Positions 40,452-52,897 of a stretch of DNA of 64,000 nucleotides are shown here, piece by piece; within the stretch, counting starts at the first letter, position 1; every line of letters begins with the position of its first letter. The position numbers and the translations under genes are program-made. The DNA comes from Batkoa obscura (lineage: Eukaryota). The notes beneath the pieces were generated by a model, which saw nothing but the letters and a program-made list of their open reading frames with translations, had not been told where the DNA came from and did no database searches. The DNA is taken from the NCBI GenBank assembly GCA_030770535.1, contig JASVEC010000001.1, positions 2,108,001 to 2,172,000 of the forward strand, in the 5' to 3' direction.

Positions 40452-40674
40452 ATGCTAAACACTGTACCAACTATTGCACAATAATCCATGTTTGACATTA
40501 TAGCCTTATACACTTACGACTTCATTTTCGATCTTCTTGGTTCTTCATCTACCAGTATTCCTTGTATGTGAGTACATTTTTAAGCAAATTGAATATAAAA
40601 AGCTATCGTCTTTATTTCTCGTTAGTATGTATGCAACAGCAATTATTAGTAGTCGTTTGAGAAAAATAATATAA
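40452..40674 (+). pseudogene. More decayed, internally deleted paralogue of 41308-41685
   Basis: MLNTVPTIAQ*..LYTYDF and VCEYIFKQIEYKKLSSLFLVSMYAT resemble the N- and C-terminal parts. Confidence 0.55.
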
Positions 40675-41307
40675 ATTATATGAACCTTTCATTTAATAAT
40701 GATATTAAAATTAGAATATTTTTTTTATTAAAGTATTTAATTAAATAATAAAAATAAATTATTCATCAAACTAGTTTTAGTAAATATCTTAAAAAGTGCT
40801 TTTTATTTAATAATTCAAGTTTATAAATATTATTTGTTCCTTTTTTTAAATATTTATTATAAACTATATTATATCGATTTATGAAGATTTTATTCATTTC
40901 ATATATACAGCAGTAAAAACTTCTTTGAGTGAAAACAGTAATAATGTGATTGTACCAGATAAGCTCTAAAATTTTAAAAACTAATAGTGAGGTATAATTT
41001 TTTAAGTAATCTCGCTACAAACATCTGTAATCAAAATCAGTCCAATCATAATATCTCATCCATTAGTGTTATATTACAATACATCCTAATATCCGAGTAA
41101 TTCTATCAATGAGTATAGTTCGTAAATTTGCTAAAAACGTAAAAAGTAATACTCAAATAAGGAACTAATACGCAGCAAGATACCTATCCTAGTAGTTATT
41201 AATAGCTTGGCATTTTGATAGTTAAAATTAATGCTTATTTATATTAAAAATGTGGGTTTACAAAAGGCTCTACTCCAACTCTATTTAATAAACTTATTGT
41301 ATAAGCA

Positions 41308-41685
41308 ATGGCTAATATTACGTCAACTATTATACAGTTTTCTATAGCCCTTATAGCAGTTCCATATATATATGACTACTTTAATGGCCCCTTTCATCAA
41401 ATTCTGTACTTGTTTCCAATAATAGCAGTCATCTATATGATAGAGTGCATAAGGGGCTACTTAAGATCAAAAGCAAACGACGGAACAGTACTAGGCGGAG
41501 CTATATCGATTTTCAAATACGTCGTCCTTTTTATAGCAGTATGTGATGTTTATGAATTTATTTTTCAAAAAATTGGATTTTCCAGCTTTTCCACATCACT
41601 CATATTAGCTATATATACTACGCAAGCTTTAGATCATTCTTTGAAAGAGACGACAGAGAAATACCCTTATATTTCAAAGTGGTAA
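41308..41685 (+). CDS. Small multi-pass membrane protein of unknown function (125 aa)
   Basis: Intact intronless ORF with about four hydrophobic segments; supported by two adjacent paralogous remnants. Confidence 0.7.
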   Translation: MANITSTIIQFSIALIAVPYIYDYFNGPFHQILYLFPIIAVIYMIECIRGYLRSKANDGTVLGGAISIFKYVVLFIAVCDVYEFIFQKIGFSSFSTSLILAIYTTQALDHSLKETTEKYPYISKW

Positions 41686-42061
41686 TGGACTAAAAAGCAC
41701 ATTTGAATAAAATTAGCACTTTCACATATATGTATGTATATAGTTTATTAAATGATTCTATTTGTTTTATTCTTTAAAAATTGCTTTGTTTTGAATATGC
41801 AAAATTAAAATAACTTCATAATACACTTTTTTGATCTTTATCACATTGAAATATTATCATTGTGTTTTTTATTCGTCTCTTGCAAATATCAGTATGTCTT
41901 TCTGAACAAAAAATAGTAAAATGTTTATAGAGGTAAGCTTCGGAAATTCAAAAACAAAATAAAGATTTTATCTATTGAAATGAAACTTATTAAGTGAGCT
42001 TATTGTATATATTCCAAACTAGACATTTATCAAACAAAATAAATACAGATATGTGGATAAT

Positions 42062-42419
42062 TTAAGTATTATTATTTTTAATGAATTTAATCTCTTTTTC
42101 AATCTTACTACTTAATTCATTCATATTAACTTCTAACTCATCTAATCGCGTTTCATTCGTACTATCAGCTGAAAAGGAAGATATATTGGAGTTCAAGTTT
42201 TGTTTCAAGTTTAAATAACTTAATACTGGAGCAATGTCATCTATAAAAAGAAAAATGTTTAATTGCTATAAAATTTTCTTTCATAAAATGAATAAAATTT
42301 TATATCGCTGCCTTTTTATTACCTGTTTTTTCAATATTTGAGTACGTTTCATCATTTTTTATTATTTCATTTAAGTCTTCTAATATTGAATTAAATTGTA
42401 TATTTGATACTTTGTCCAT
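42062..42419 (-). CDS. Hypothetical small coiled-coil protein (~92 aa); exons 42419-42323, 42240-42062
   Basis: MDKVSNIQFNSILEDL...RLDELEVNMNELSSKIEKEIKF..* in frame across a GT-AG intron. Confidence 0.55.
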
Positions 42420-42950
42420 TCTCTTTTAAAAGTTGAACTTAATTTTCAGATATTAAATTTTTAAGTTTCATATTAGATAAATTTTGAATTTGAAATTACA
42501 GTTTTTTATAACCTAGTTTGAGCTAGAATTTTTATAGTTATCCTTACATATCCGACTAATATATCTTTTAATTAGCTTTTTTAAAATCAGATTCTCTCTA
42601 TATAGAATCTATTTAATAAATTACAACGAGTATAAACAAAAATTTAGTTTAATTAATAAAGAAGATAAAACGAAAAAACAGTTTAGAAGAGAGAGGAAGG
42701 GGTACTATAGAATGAAGTTAAACACAAAAATAGTAACAAGTTAAGCTCTTTTAGTCTCAAACTTTAGTTTTAAAGGCTGTAAAAATAATTCATTTTGACA
42801 AAAATTGGACGATTCATTAAGCTCTCTCAAATACAATGCACCTAAGACTATATAATGAATATACAAAAAAATGATAACAAAGTTAAGCTTCTTTGGGATT
42901 TTAAAAAACAATATTACAAAAAAGAAGAGAACCAAGCCCTTTTAACAAAT

Positions 42951-45013
42951 TCATTCTTCATCTTCATCTTCTAATGTATTTTGATATTCGATTGATTTTC
43001 TATATAAATCTACTATTTCTAATGCTGGGCTTCTTCGTTTTAAAAACTTATTCTAAAAATATTTTATTAATAGACGTTTTTTTAAATACATCAATTTAAC
43101 TTACTTCCAAAAGTTCTGAAGCACTTGACCTTTTTTCTGGATCACATACCAAGGCGCTATAAAGTAATTGTTTAAACTCTAAACTCCAATCATAAGGATC
43201 CTCTAACTGTGGCGGAACTCCAGATAAAATAGATTCTTTTGCCTGAATTAATTAAATATTAAAAATAGTTCTCAAAAAAATCAAATATTACCGTAACAGC
43301 ATCTAGTCCCATTAATGGTGGCCCGCCTTCTGCCATTTCTAATAATAAAATACCAAAACTCCAACTGTCAGTCTAAAACAACGAATAATTTAATTTATAA
43401 TGCATAATCAAATAATTATAAAGCTCACTTTGTGATTATAACGATCTCCTCTTATCATTTCTGGTGACATCCAATATAAAACACCAATAGATTCATTTGG
43501 TTCAGCTATTCCTTGTTTAAAATCACATGCTTTAGCAAAATCAGCTTGAAGGTTAGATTAGTATTTATTTTATTGGTCAGTACAATTAAAATACCTAGTT
43601 TAATTTGTCCATTAGAATTGATAAGGATATTGTCACTCATAATATCACGATGAATACGATTCAACTTTTCTAAAAAAGAGAGCGCGCATAAAATATCATA
43701 AGAAACCCTAGCAATTTGGTATTCGTTCATTCGTATCTCTGGATAAGATGAAATTATATCTGTTAATGGTCCCATATCCATATATTCCATTACCATCTAC
43801 ATGAAATTATAAACTTATTTACTATACATAGAATATAAAAGTTTTACCCATAATGAAGCATCATTTATATAACAACCATCGAAGAATAAAAGGTTAGGGT
43901 GATTGTTAGTTTTCATCATAAATAATTCGTTTTTTAAAGTCTCTAGTTTTTGCTTCATATCTTTTTTGACTATTTTAATCGCAACCTATAATTTGAAGTT
44001 AATAACCTTAATTTCAAATTTACATTTCATTACCTTTTTCCCGGTTTTGTTATCAATCGCTTTATGTACATCTCCTGATTCCCCTTCAGCTATTGCTTCA
44101 ATTTCGCTAAACTTAATACTCGGCTCAATAACATCAACCACATAATCCCTTAACTGATAATCATCAACAAAGTGAGGTGTTAAAGGTCCTACTGAACTTA
44201 AAGAATCACGCGGGCTTGAGGTTGAAAATCGATCTGAGTATGATGTAAGTGCTTTCAAAGGCTGCGGTATTTCTAATGATTCTCTTTGAGCCTTATCCAA
44301 AGCCATTTCTAAAAGAGAAGGTTCTCTACTTTGATTAAATACCTCTTCTTGATAAATCGATCGTCTTTTAGTCAAACTTGAGATTGAATTTAAACTAACT
44401 CTACGAGTTGCTTTTGCTGTGGAATAGCGAGTTGAAGTCCTGTTGAAGTTAAATCCTTTATCGTCCACCAATTTATCTGGGTAAGAAGATGGCATAAGTG
44501 AAATACCACTTTCTGCAAACTTGTCAAGCCAATCTTTAGGTATACCAATAGCGGATGGTGTGCCTGAAGAAAAATTTATTGACATTTCATGTTTCACTCC
44601 ATAAGGAGTTCCAATTGAAACAGGATTTTCTCTAGTCCTAGGGTAGACTTCTGGGATTTTGGGTACTAAGTTAGGATCAATATAACGAGTATTTAAAAGA
44701 TCCTCATGCGGGACTCTTGATTGCCAAACATCTGGGACGCCCTAAAAAATTAATATTGTATACTAATAATTCTTAAAGCTATATTTACCATAAATCTTCC
44801 AGAGTCTCCGTTATACTCAATGTGTATACCATGTTCAAAATTAGTCGGACCACCTATTGAAATAGACTGACTATTTGGATCTTGACTCAATTCAGGTACA
44901 GTCTTTTCTTTTAATCCTTTGCCTTTAAATATACGTGATGGAGATTGAAGTATATTGTACATCCATCCAGACATGGCTGGTTTTCCGTTTTGTTTTGAAG
45001 TTGAGCCAAGCAT
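42951..45013 (-). CDS. PAK/Ste20-family kinase with two CRIB-like domains, multi-exon
   Basis: CRIB1 IGGPTNFEHGIHIEY..FMGVPDVW; CRIB2 IGTPYGVKHEMSI..GIPKDW; kinase IAEGESGDV, VAIK, HRDIMSDNIL, DFA, YWMSPE, EMAEGGPP. Confidence 0.88.
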
Positions 45014-45939
45014 AAAAAACCAAAAGTAAAATTGTGAATAAAGTACTGAATCAAAGATAAAATAAAATTATTGAATCTTCAATTATGTAGTTTATTAGTT
45101 AGAATAATTAATAAAGTAAATTTTATCGAACACTTAATAAAACTTTTTTTTAATTTTAAACATTTAATTATAGAAATTGTCTTTATTAAGAAATATGCGG
45201 GAGAGGGAAAATAAAATTGGCCAATCAAACCACATTTGCCTGGTAAGCAGTAAATCCCCTTAAAACTATCTTTAAAAAAATCAACTAATAAATCGATAAA
45301 AATGATCTTAAAAGCTATTAAAAGTGAAATAAGTGAGATTTCAAATAATAATAGTGATTTTAATAAATTGTAGTACATTTTATAATTATATATTAAAGTA
45401 AGACCCTAATATCTTTACGATAATAAGCTTTATTCTCCTTTTCTCAAAATATACAAAAATCTTGAATTTTATTTTTAAATTAGGAACCGTTGAATACAAA
45501 AAATTAGAACAAATTCTTAAATTAATCTGAAATTTTAAGCTTTATTTGTTAAAAAATAATACTAACAAGTTTTGATGATTGTACTTTGACTATGAGGTGA
45601 ACTTTCTAAGTTTACCTATCCATTTCAATTGTTATTACAATGGAATTTAGTATTAATAGTAAAGTTATCATAATAATATAGCGTTAATTATTATGCTTTG
45701 ATACTATTAAAAGTGCTATCGAATATAAAATATACACTAGATTAAAGAATACGGTATATTTCGAGTCTGCTTAAAAATAAACTTAAGCTTTAAAGATTTA
45801 CTGGTAAAATCTATGTAACAAGGATCCGGGATAAACCTGAAATTTAAAGTTTTATTTAAAATTTCATTTGATATTTCTATAAAATTCTGAAATTAAAAAA
45901 ACAACAACATTCAAAAATATATTTTTTAATTTCAAAATT

Positions 45940-46034
45940 GGAATGTTTTTTTTGTCTTCATTACTTTTTCCATTTTAAGCGCTATTTAAGTGGAAAGATT
46001 ATTGGCAAAATCCTTAAACAAAAAAATACACCCC
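45940..46034 (-). mobile_element. MITE family A copy
   Basis: Matches consensus. Confidence 0.85.
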
Positions 46035-46931
46035 AATATAATGCTTTTGCTGTGTTTTATAGTATGCTAGTTTTTGAAGCAGTTTCTGTATCTAAACTAT
46101 ATTATATGAAAGAGATTATGTTATTTATATATTACACTAAAGCTTATTAGTCTAGCAAGGTATATAAGGTATATAAGGTATATTTATTAAAAAGATTGAT
46201 AACTTAAATCAAAACTGAGAATAATACTGGGCTTTTTAATGTTTAACAAGAACTCTTAAAATTCTTTTATTAAATGAGCAAATATTGTCAGTCTTTAAAT
46301 ATTCAATATTGTCAAATTTTTTCCAAAACACAGTATTGAAAATATATGGTAAACATAAAATAGCTCATTTATCAAAGTTAAATTATTGTTAATGTCTTTT
46401 CCTTAATAATACAAATATCCTTTTTAAGGAGTGAGAAGAGAGAGGGTAAATGATAAACTCATGTTAGATAAGGGATGAGAGCAAAGTCATCAAAAATATC
46501 CTATGATAAGTGCTAAAATATTTACAGTTTTCGATTTTTCATCTTGGCCTAAAATTAATGTTTTCGTGGCATTAAATTTAATTTTATCCACATGTTTAAT
46601 AGTGGTGAGGGTTAAGGAATATTTAAAAATTACAAATGCACTTAGTAGCCTATGAATTAAATATATTAATATAAACTATATAATTGATCAATTATTTATT
46701 AATGTAATATTCAGTAACATGCTAGGTACTTTAACAAATGTGAGTATAGCTTTATGTTTTGAACTTTTAGCCTCATATTTAATTGCTAAAACCGAGATTT
46801 AAATTTATGCTTACTTTGACTATTACAATTAGTTTTATTTACTAAATAAAACCCATAATAACTGATCCCAGATTATAGTCAACTAAAATAGTGTGACTGG
46901 ATATTTTTTTCGAAAAAAAGAAAAATTCAAG

Positions 46932-48569
46932 ATGAGTAACCATTCAGCCTATAATTCGCCATTAACTTCTCGTTATGCATCTAAAGAGATGTCTTACAAC
47001 TTCTCAGATGATAAAAAATTTTCAACTTGGAGAACTCTTTGGTTAAACTTAGCTACTGCTGAGAAAGAACTTGGCATCGGGGGTATTACTGATGAAATCT
47101 TAAAAGAGATGAAAGATAATTTAGTAAGTGAAATATAATATAACTGATAAGATATTGAATCGATTGTTAGACAAATATTGATTATACAATCGCTGCCGAG
47201 GAAGAAAAGCGCAGACGTCATGATGTTATGGCTCACGTACATACCTTTTCGATTGCTTGTCCAAACGCAGCTCCAATCATTCATTTAGGAGCAACCTCAT
47301 GCTTTGTTACCGATAACGCTGATCTTATTGTTTTAAGAGATGGGTTAGATTTACTTTTATCAAAGCTTGTACCTGTTGTTGAGTCCTTAGCCAAATTTTC
47401 AGTTGATTATAAAGACTTACCAACCCTTGGATTTACCCACTTTCAACCTGCCCAGCTTACCACTGTTGGTAAAAGAGCTACTTTATGGCTCCAGGTATTG
47501 CGACTGGAATTATTTTTATAGTTATAAATTATAATAATTATTTTAGGAACTTTTATGGGATCTTAGAAATATTGGTCGTGCTCGTAATGACCTCAGATTC
47601 CGTGGTGTTAAAGGTACTACAGGTACCCAAGGATCTTTCCTTTCACTCTTCCAAGGTGATCATGAAAAGGTAAGCAAAATAATATTACTAATAATTTTTT
47701 AATTAAAGCAAATAGGTTGAAAAACTTGACGAATTAGTAACCAAACTTAGTGGTTTTGAAGTACCATATGCTGTTACTGGTCAAACCTATTCCCGTAAAG
47801 TAGATATTGATGTTGTCAATTCTTTATCTTCTTTCGGTGCAACTGCTCATAAGATTGCTACTGATATTAGACTACTTGCTAACCTTAAAGAAATTGAAGA
47901 ACCATTTGAAAAGGATCAAATTGGGTCTTCTGCTATGGCTTATAAGCGCAATCCTATGCGCTGTGAGCGTATATGTGCCTTGAGTAGGCATTTGATGACT
48001 TTATCTGGCAATACATTAGCCACTGCTAGTGTACAATGGTTAGAACGTACTTTAGATGACTCTGCTAATCGTCGTATCACTTTAGCTGAATCATTTTTGA
48101 CCGCCGATATTGTACTTACCATCCTTCAAAATGTAATTGAAGGTTTAGTTGTTTACCCACAAGTAATCCAAAGCCGTATCCAACAAGAATTACCATTCAT
48201 GGCTACTGAAAATATTATCATGGCTATTGTTAAGGCTGGTGGTGACCGTCAAGTATGTCATGAAAAAATTCGAGTACTTTCTCATCAAGCAGCTTATGCT
48301 GTTAAAGCAGAAGGTAAACCAAACAACTTGATCCAATTGGTTAGAGAAGATCCTTATTTCGAACCTGTTTGGGCACAGGTAATATATTATTGATTAGGTT
48401 TTTCATTTTTTAATACTTCAATTAGCTTGATGAATTATTGAGACCATCCACTTTTATTGGACGCGCACCTCAGCAAGTGGCTTCCTTTATAGAGAAAGAA
48501 GTCAAACCTGCTTTAGATAGTTACCCACAATTCGTTGGTAAAAGATTTGATTCCAGTTTAAATGTTTAA
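46932..48569 (+). CDS. ADE13: Adenylosuccinate lyase, multi-exon
   Basis: [51 protein letters not shown], signature [19 protein letters not shown]. Confidence 0.97.
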
Positions 48570-49059
48570 AAGAGGCATTATAGAGATTTATAAAATAATA
48601 AATAGGTGTAAACAGCACTTTTTACCTTTATCAGTTTTGATAAGATAGCTTGTATCATAAATTTGATTTTATAGTTAATACAATTTTAGAATATTAAATT
48701 GATTAAATTGGATAGTAATTTAGTAATTAAATTTTATCATATAAAAAAGCTTAATCTAAAATAACTTACTATACTAATATTTATAATAAACACCAAATAC
48801 CCAAACATATTGTTGTTTGTAAAGTCAGTGTAAAATAAGAGAATAAAAAACAAACAAATGGTACTTAGTTAAAACAAAGCTTCAAAGCTATTATTCAGTA
48901 CAAATAATACCTGTTAAAAGTTTAAATAACATTGAGAGAATTGAAAATCCAGTGTTTTGTTCTTATTTTAACAACTCTAACATGCTAAAAAAGTCATTTA
49001 AGTTCTCTTTATTGATTCACTGGTTATTAAACGATAGTATATGATACAAAATAGCATAT

Positions 49060-49158
49060 GGGGATGTGTTTTTGTATTTAAGAATTTTACTAGCAATTTT
49101 TCCACTCAAATAGCGCTTAAAAGGTGGAAAAAGTAATGAAGCCAAAAAAAACATCCCC
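49060..49158 (+). mobile_element. MITE family A copy (left arm of abutting palindrome)
   Basis: Near-consensus; TSD ATAT. Confidence 0.92.
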
Positions 49159-49162
49159 ATAT

Positions 49163-49261
49163 GGTGATGTTTTTTTTGGTTTCATTACTTTTTCCATCCT
49201 CTAAGTACTATTTGAGCGGAAAAATTATTAATAAAACCCTTAAATATAAAAATACATCCCC
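49163..49261 (-). mobile_element. MITE family A copy (right arm of abutting palindrome)
   Basis: Shares ATAT at 49159-62 with the left copy; ATAT also at 49262-65. Confidence 0.92.
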
Positions 49262-49550
49262 ATATAAGAAAAGGAAAAAAATAATAGGTTAATTTTGGTA
49301 TCATTAACGAAGATAAGTAAAGTTAGAAAATAATCGACTTTAAATGATAATTAAAGATTTTGAAGTAGATGTATTAACTAAAGGTATCTAGTAACAGGTT
49401 GGTAACAAGCTTCTATTTCATTATAAAGAACTTTAGACGATAAAATGTTTAAACTAATTGTAAGGCTTTATTCGTTTCAATAATATCTTAAAAACAAAAC
49501 TTTAACCCAGATACTAAAATAATTGATGACTAATAAGGACCATTATTTCC

Positions 49551-50462
49551 TCAAATAGGCAAATTAGCAATAATTGCATTGATCAAATTTTCATTTCCAT
49601 ATCTATTTCTATCACGATAGGATTTTGAAAGTTCAATATGGATGCCACCACCATTTCTATTTGCTACATTCTTTTCATGGATTCCAGCTAAATCACTAAC
49701 GCCATTCACTACAATATCATTATTTACATAATGACACGAAGGCACGTTATCTTGGTTTTTACAATAAACAACCTTTTCATTATTACCAATAGAATTCTGA
49801 ATGTCTCCAGCAACCTTTTGGACGTTTTTATAACGACCTCCAACAATCACTTGAATATCACCTCTTTCAGCAAACCCATGCCATGAAACAATAAATTTGG
49901 ATCTAATAAGGTTTGAAAGTTTAGTTGTATTAAAGACAGTGGCAGTGACATGCATGGCATTTGGATGGCAAATTTGCTTTTTAATACAATTTTCTTTGAT
50001 GGTATCAGGACATCGAGACTTGTTAAACTTTTCGTTAATAACATTCTCAATTTTTTCACAGCAAACATTTTTATTACAATTATCAGTTCGAATCTTATTA
50101 CTAGTTTCTCCATTTATACTGCAATTAAAGTTATAAAAGCTTGCATTATCAAGTCTGCTATATAACTTATTTGCAAAGTTGTCTGAGTTTAACTCAATGA
50201 AACCCCCATGAATCGCAATTGATGCCACACTCTGACTAGAGCTAGTCTTATCTTCACGGATACCAATGAATGGGATGCTTACTTGCCTGGAACTCGGATT
50301 AGCTTTGTGGACAGCAAATGGTGTGGCCTTTTCTTGCCTTGGTTTAATCTCAATGGTCTCGACTGCAGCGTTAGGATTTGCATTCATAGCATCGCCAACA
50401 CTGGTATAAAAATCAGCAGCAAAAATAGATGATAGGAATAAGAACACATTGGATAGCTTCAT
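49551..50462 (-). CDS. Secreted poly-gamma-glutamate hydrolase-like Zn peptidase (PghP/DUF867 family), copy 1
   Basis: Signal peptide MKLSNVFLFLSSIFA; IAIHGGFIE, MHVTATVF, IVSWHGF, VIVGG, LAGIHEKNVANR..GGGIHIELS..R; intronless. Confidence 0.82.
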   Translation of the reverse strand: MKLSNVFLFLSSIFAADFYTSVGDAMNANPNAAVETIEIKPRQEKATPFAVHKANPSSRQVSIPFIGIREDKTSSSQSVASIAIHGGFIELNSDNFANKLYSRLDNASFYNFNCSINGETSNKIRTDNCNKNVCCEKIENVINEKFNKSRCPDTIKENCIKKQICHPNAMHVTATVFNTTKLSNLIRSKFIVSWHGFAERGDIQVIVGGRYKNVQKVAGDIQNSIGNNEKVVYCKNQDNVPSCHYVNNDIVVNGVSDLAGIHEKNVANRNGGGIHIELSKSYRDRNRYGNENLINAIIANLPI

Positions 50463-50894
50463 CCTTAACAAAAGTTAATTCCAAAAAATGTCAATTTTCT
50501 ACTTTTTATAGTTGACATTTTAAGGTTTTTGTTTTATTGGCTATATTAGGATAGATTAACTTTGGAATTATCAACAACCTTTGAATCTATTTTTATTCTT
50601 ATACCAAAGCGTATACATAACTGCAACAAGAGCACTCCGATTTTAAGCATTATCCGCAAAATAGCTCTAAATCCCATAAAAAACACAAAATAAGTCATAA
50701 AGTAAGTGTAATGATTTAGAGTCTTGACATACTATCTAAAGGGTTTTATTTTATTAAAGTAATGTAAAATGTTAAACTTACTATTATTAGAATCAAGGGA
50801 TGTCTCAAAACCACTTTTTAAAAAAGGTAGTTTATAAAAGTCATTTTGATCTTGAATACAAAAATTTATGCAGAAAAGTTAAAGCGCTATATTT

Positions 50895-51890
50895 CTACTT
50901 TATATTAAAGCATTTGATCATAAATAAATTTTTTATTATATATGTAGATAGAAACATAACCAAAAAGGGCTTTATCTTCTTTGAAAAAGTAAGTTTTTTA
51001 ATGATTCTATCAACCATACTCTTATTTGCGTCCTTATATCTATCACAATAGGATTTGGAGAGTCTAATATGAATATCATCGTCATTTCTATTTGGAGATG
51101 TTTTTTTCGGCTTCATTACTTTTTCCATCTTTTAAGCGCTATTTGAGCGAAAAAATTGCTAGTAAAATTCTTAAATACAAAAATACATTCTCATTTGTTA
51201 CATCCTTTTTGTGCATTCTAGCAAATTCACCAATACCACTTACTTCGCTGTTATTATCAACATAATAATAGGAATACGTATTTTTTAGTATTTATAACAA
51301 ACCACTCTACATTATAGTTAAGAGAGTCATGAATGTCTTTAGCAATCTTTTAGACATTATAACGTCCTCCTCTAACAACTACTTGAATATCTCTTCCTTT
51401 GTCAAAACCATCCGATGAAACAATGAATATAAGTTTAATAAGTTTTCAAAATTTAACTGTACTAAAAATAACAGGACAATATACATAGCGTTGACAAACA
51501 TCTTTTTTACTACAATATCTTCCAATGGGATCAGAGCATTGAGAATCATGAAATTTTTATCTCCATTCCCATTAATATTTTGACAACAGACACTTTTATG
51601 CCAATTAAAAGTTCGAACATTTTTACTATCTCCATCACTTAATTTACAATTAAAATTATAAAAAGCTCGATTTATTAAAGTCTACAAAATAGAAGGTTTG
51701 TAAGGTCATCTAAGTATCCTTCAATAGTACCTTTATGGATTGAAATCAATGACACATACCCTCGTTCAGGACCTCGTATAATCTATTCAACTGGAGCAAA
51801 AGGATTTACATGTATCCCATCATTAGTACTAGTATAAAAATCACCAGTGAAAATGGATGATAAAAGTAAGGACACTTTAAATAGTTTCAT
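50895..51890 (-). pseudogene. PghP-like pseudogene (copy 2) interrupted by a MITE
   Basis: MKLFKVSLLLSSIFTGDFYTSTND..E*..ISIHKGTIE; SWHG>SSDG; IHIE>IHIR; stops and frameshifts; MITE at 51094-51192. Confidence 0.85.
51094..51192 (-). mobile_element. MITE family A copy inside PghP-like pseudogene
   Basis: ATTT duplicated (51090-93, 51193-96); the paralogues carry a single ATTT here. Confidence 0.95.
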
Positions 51891-52354
51891 TCTATAAAGT
51901 TTAACTTAATTTAGTAAAGTCAATGTTTTGATTTTTTATACTTCAAGCCTATCGATAATCCCTTTGATCGATTTGAGTTCAATAGGGTGTAAGCAATTTA
52001 GCTGATTCTATATGCAAAAATAAATGCAGCAGTTATTGTTATTTTTGGATCCTACTTAGTATAAAAAAGTTAAATTACATAGTTTATGTTTGCCTTTTAC
52101 AGCTATCTAACTTTAAATGTGTAGTATTTTCTATTAGATTAATTTAAATATGGGCTGGTCATTCTCAATTTTGTATTTGTCAAATAGAAAGATAGAAAAA
52201 CTATTAAGAATAAACTCAGCTATATAAAATTCAAAATGCTCAATCCGTACTTAAATTGGTTTAAGGGAAATACCATATATTTAAAGTTAATAGTTGTAAA
52301 AAGCTGTTTGAAATTTATTTTAAAGTCGAATTGTGAAGTGACTATAATTTTTTA

Positions 52355-52709
52355 CAGGATCCCAAGTACACTTTTAGATTTATACATTGTTCTCAAAAAA
52401 AAACTGTATATTTCAAAAAATAATTTTGCACTCAATAAATTAAGTTAGTTTCCTAGAATCTTCAAAAGCTTTTAGTAAAGGGGGGATATCCATTCTTGAA
52501 AAATTCCCACACTTTGAAATAACGCTGGTTTTACATACAAATAGTTTAAGCCTGAAAACTTTTTCTCTAAGTAGATGAATGATTTTTTCTCTAAGACATG
52601 AAATATTTTAGAAGCTTAAATTTTTTTTGAGTGCGCAATTTTTTCCTAAGAGTATGTAAGCTTTTTTTTAAAATCAATGTATAAATCCGAAAATGTATTT
52701 GAAACCCTC
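52355..52709. mobile_element. Second, older non-autonomous TIR element (~355 bp, ~85-bp imperfect TIRs)
   Basis: CAGGATCCCAAGTACACTTTTAGATTTATACATTG..GCACTCAA at left is mirrored by TTGAGTGC..CAATGTATAAATCCGAAAATGTATTTGAAACCCTC at right; preceded by TA. Confidence 0.6.
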
Positions 52710-52897
52710 TCTATATTGAACCTTTTTCAATATTATTGAAATATCTTCCAAAACAGATATATAGTAAAGAACAACCACCATTATAAACATAAAAGCTAAT
52801 AAAAAGGTTAAAAAAACTCAACATAGCGATGCTTTACATCAAGGCATTTTACAATAAATAATAAATTTATTTTTATTATGCAATTTTAAATATCAGA

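Noticed and set aside
45938..46150. Short ORFs sharing 'FKRYLSGK..KILK' (also 25995-26291, 54110-54298, 11793-12005, 5921-6142)
   Set aside because: They are chance translations of MITE family A, not a peptide family.
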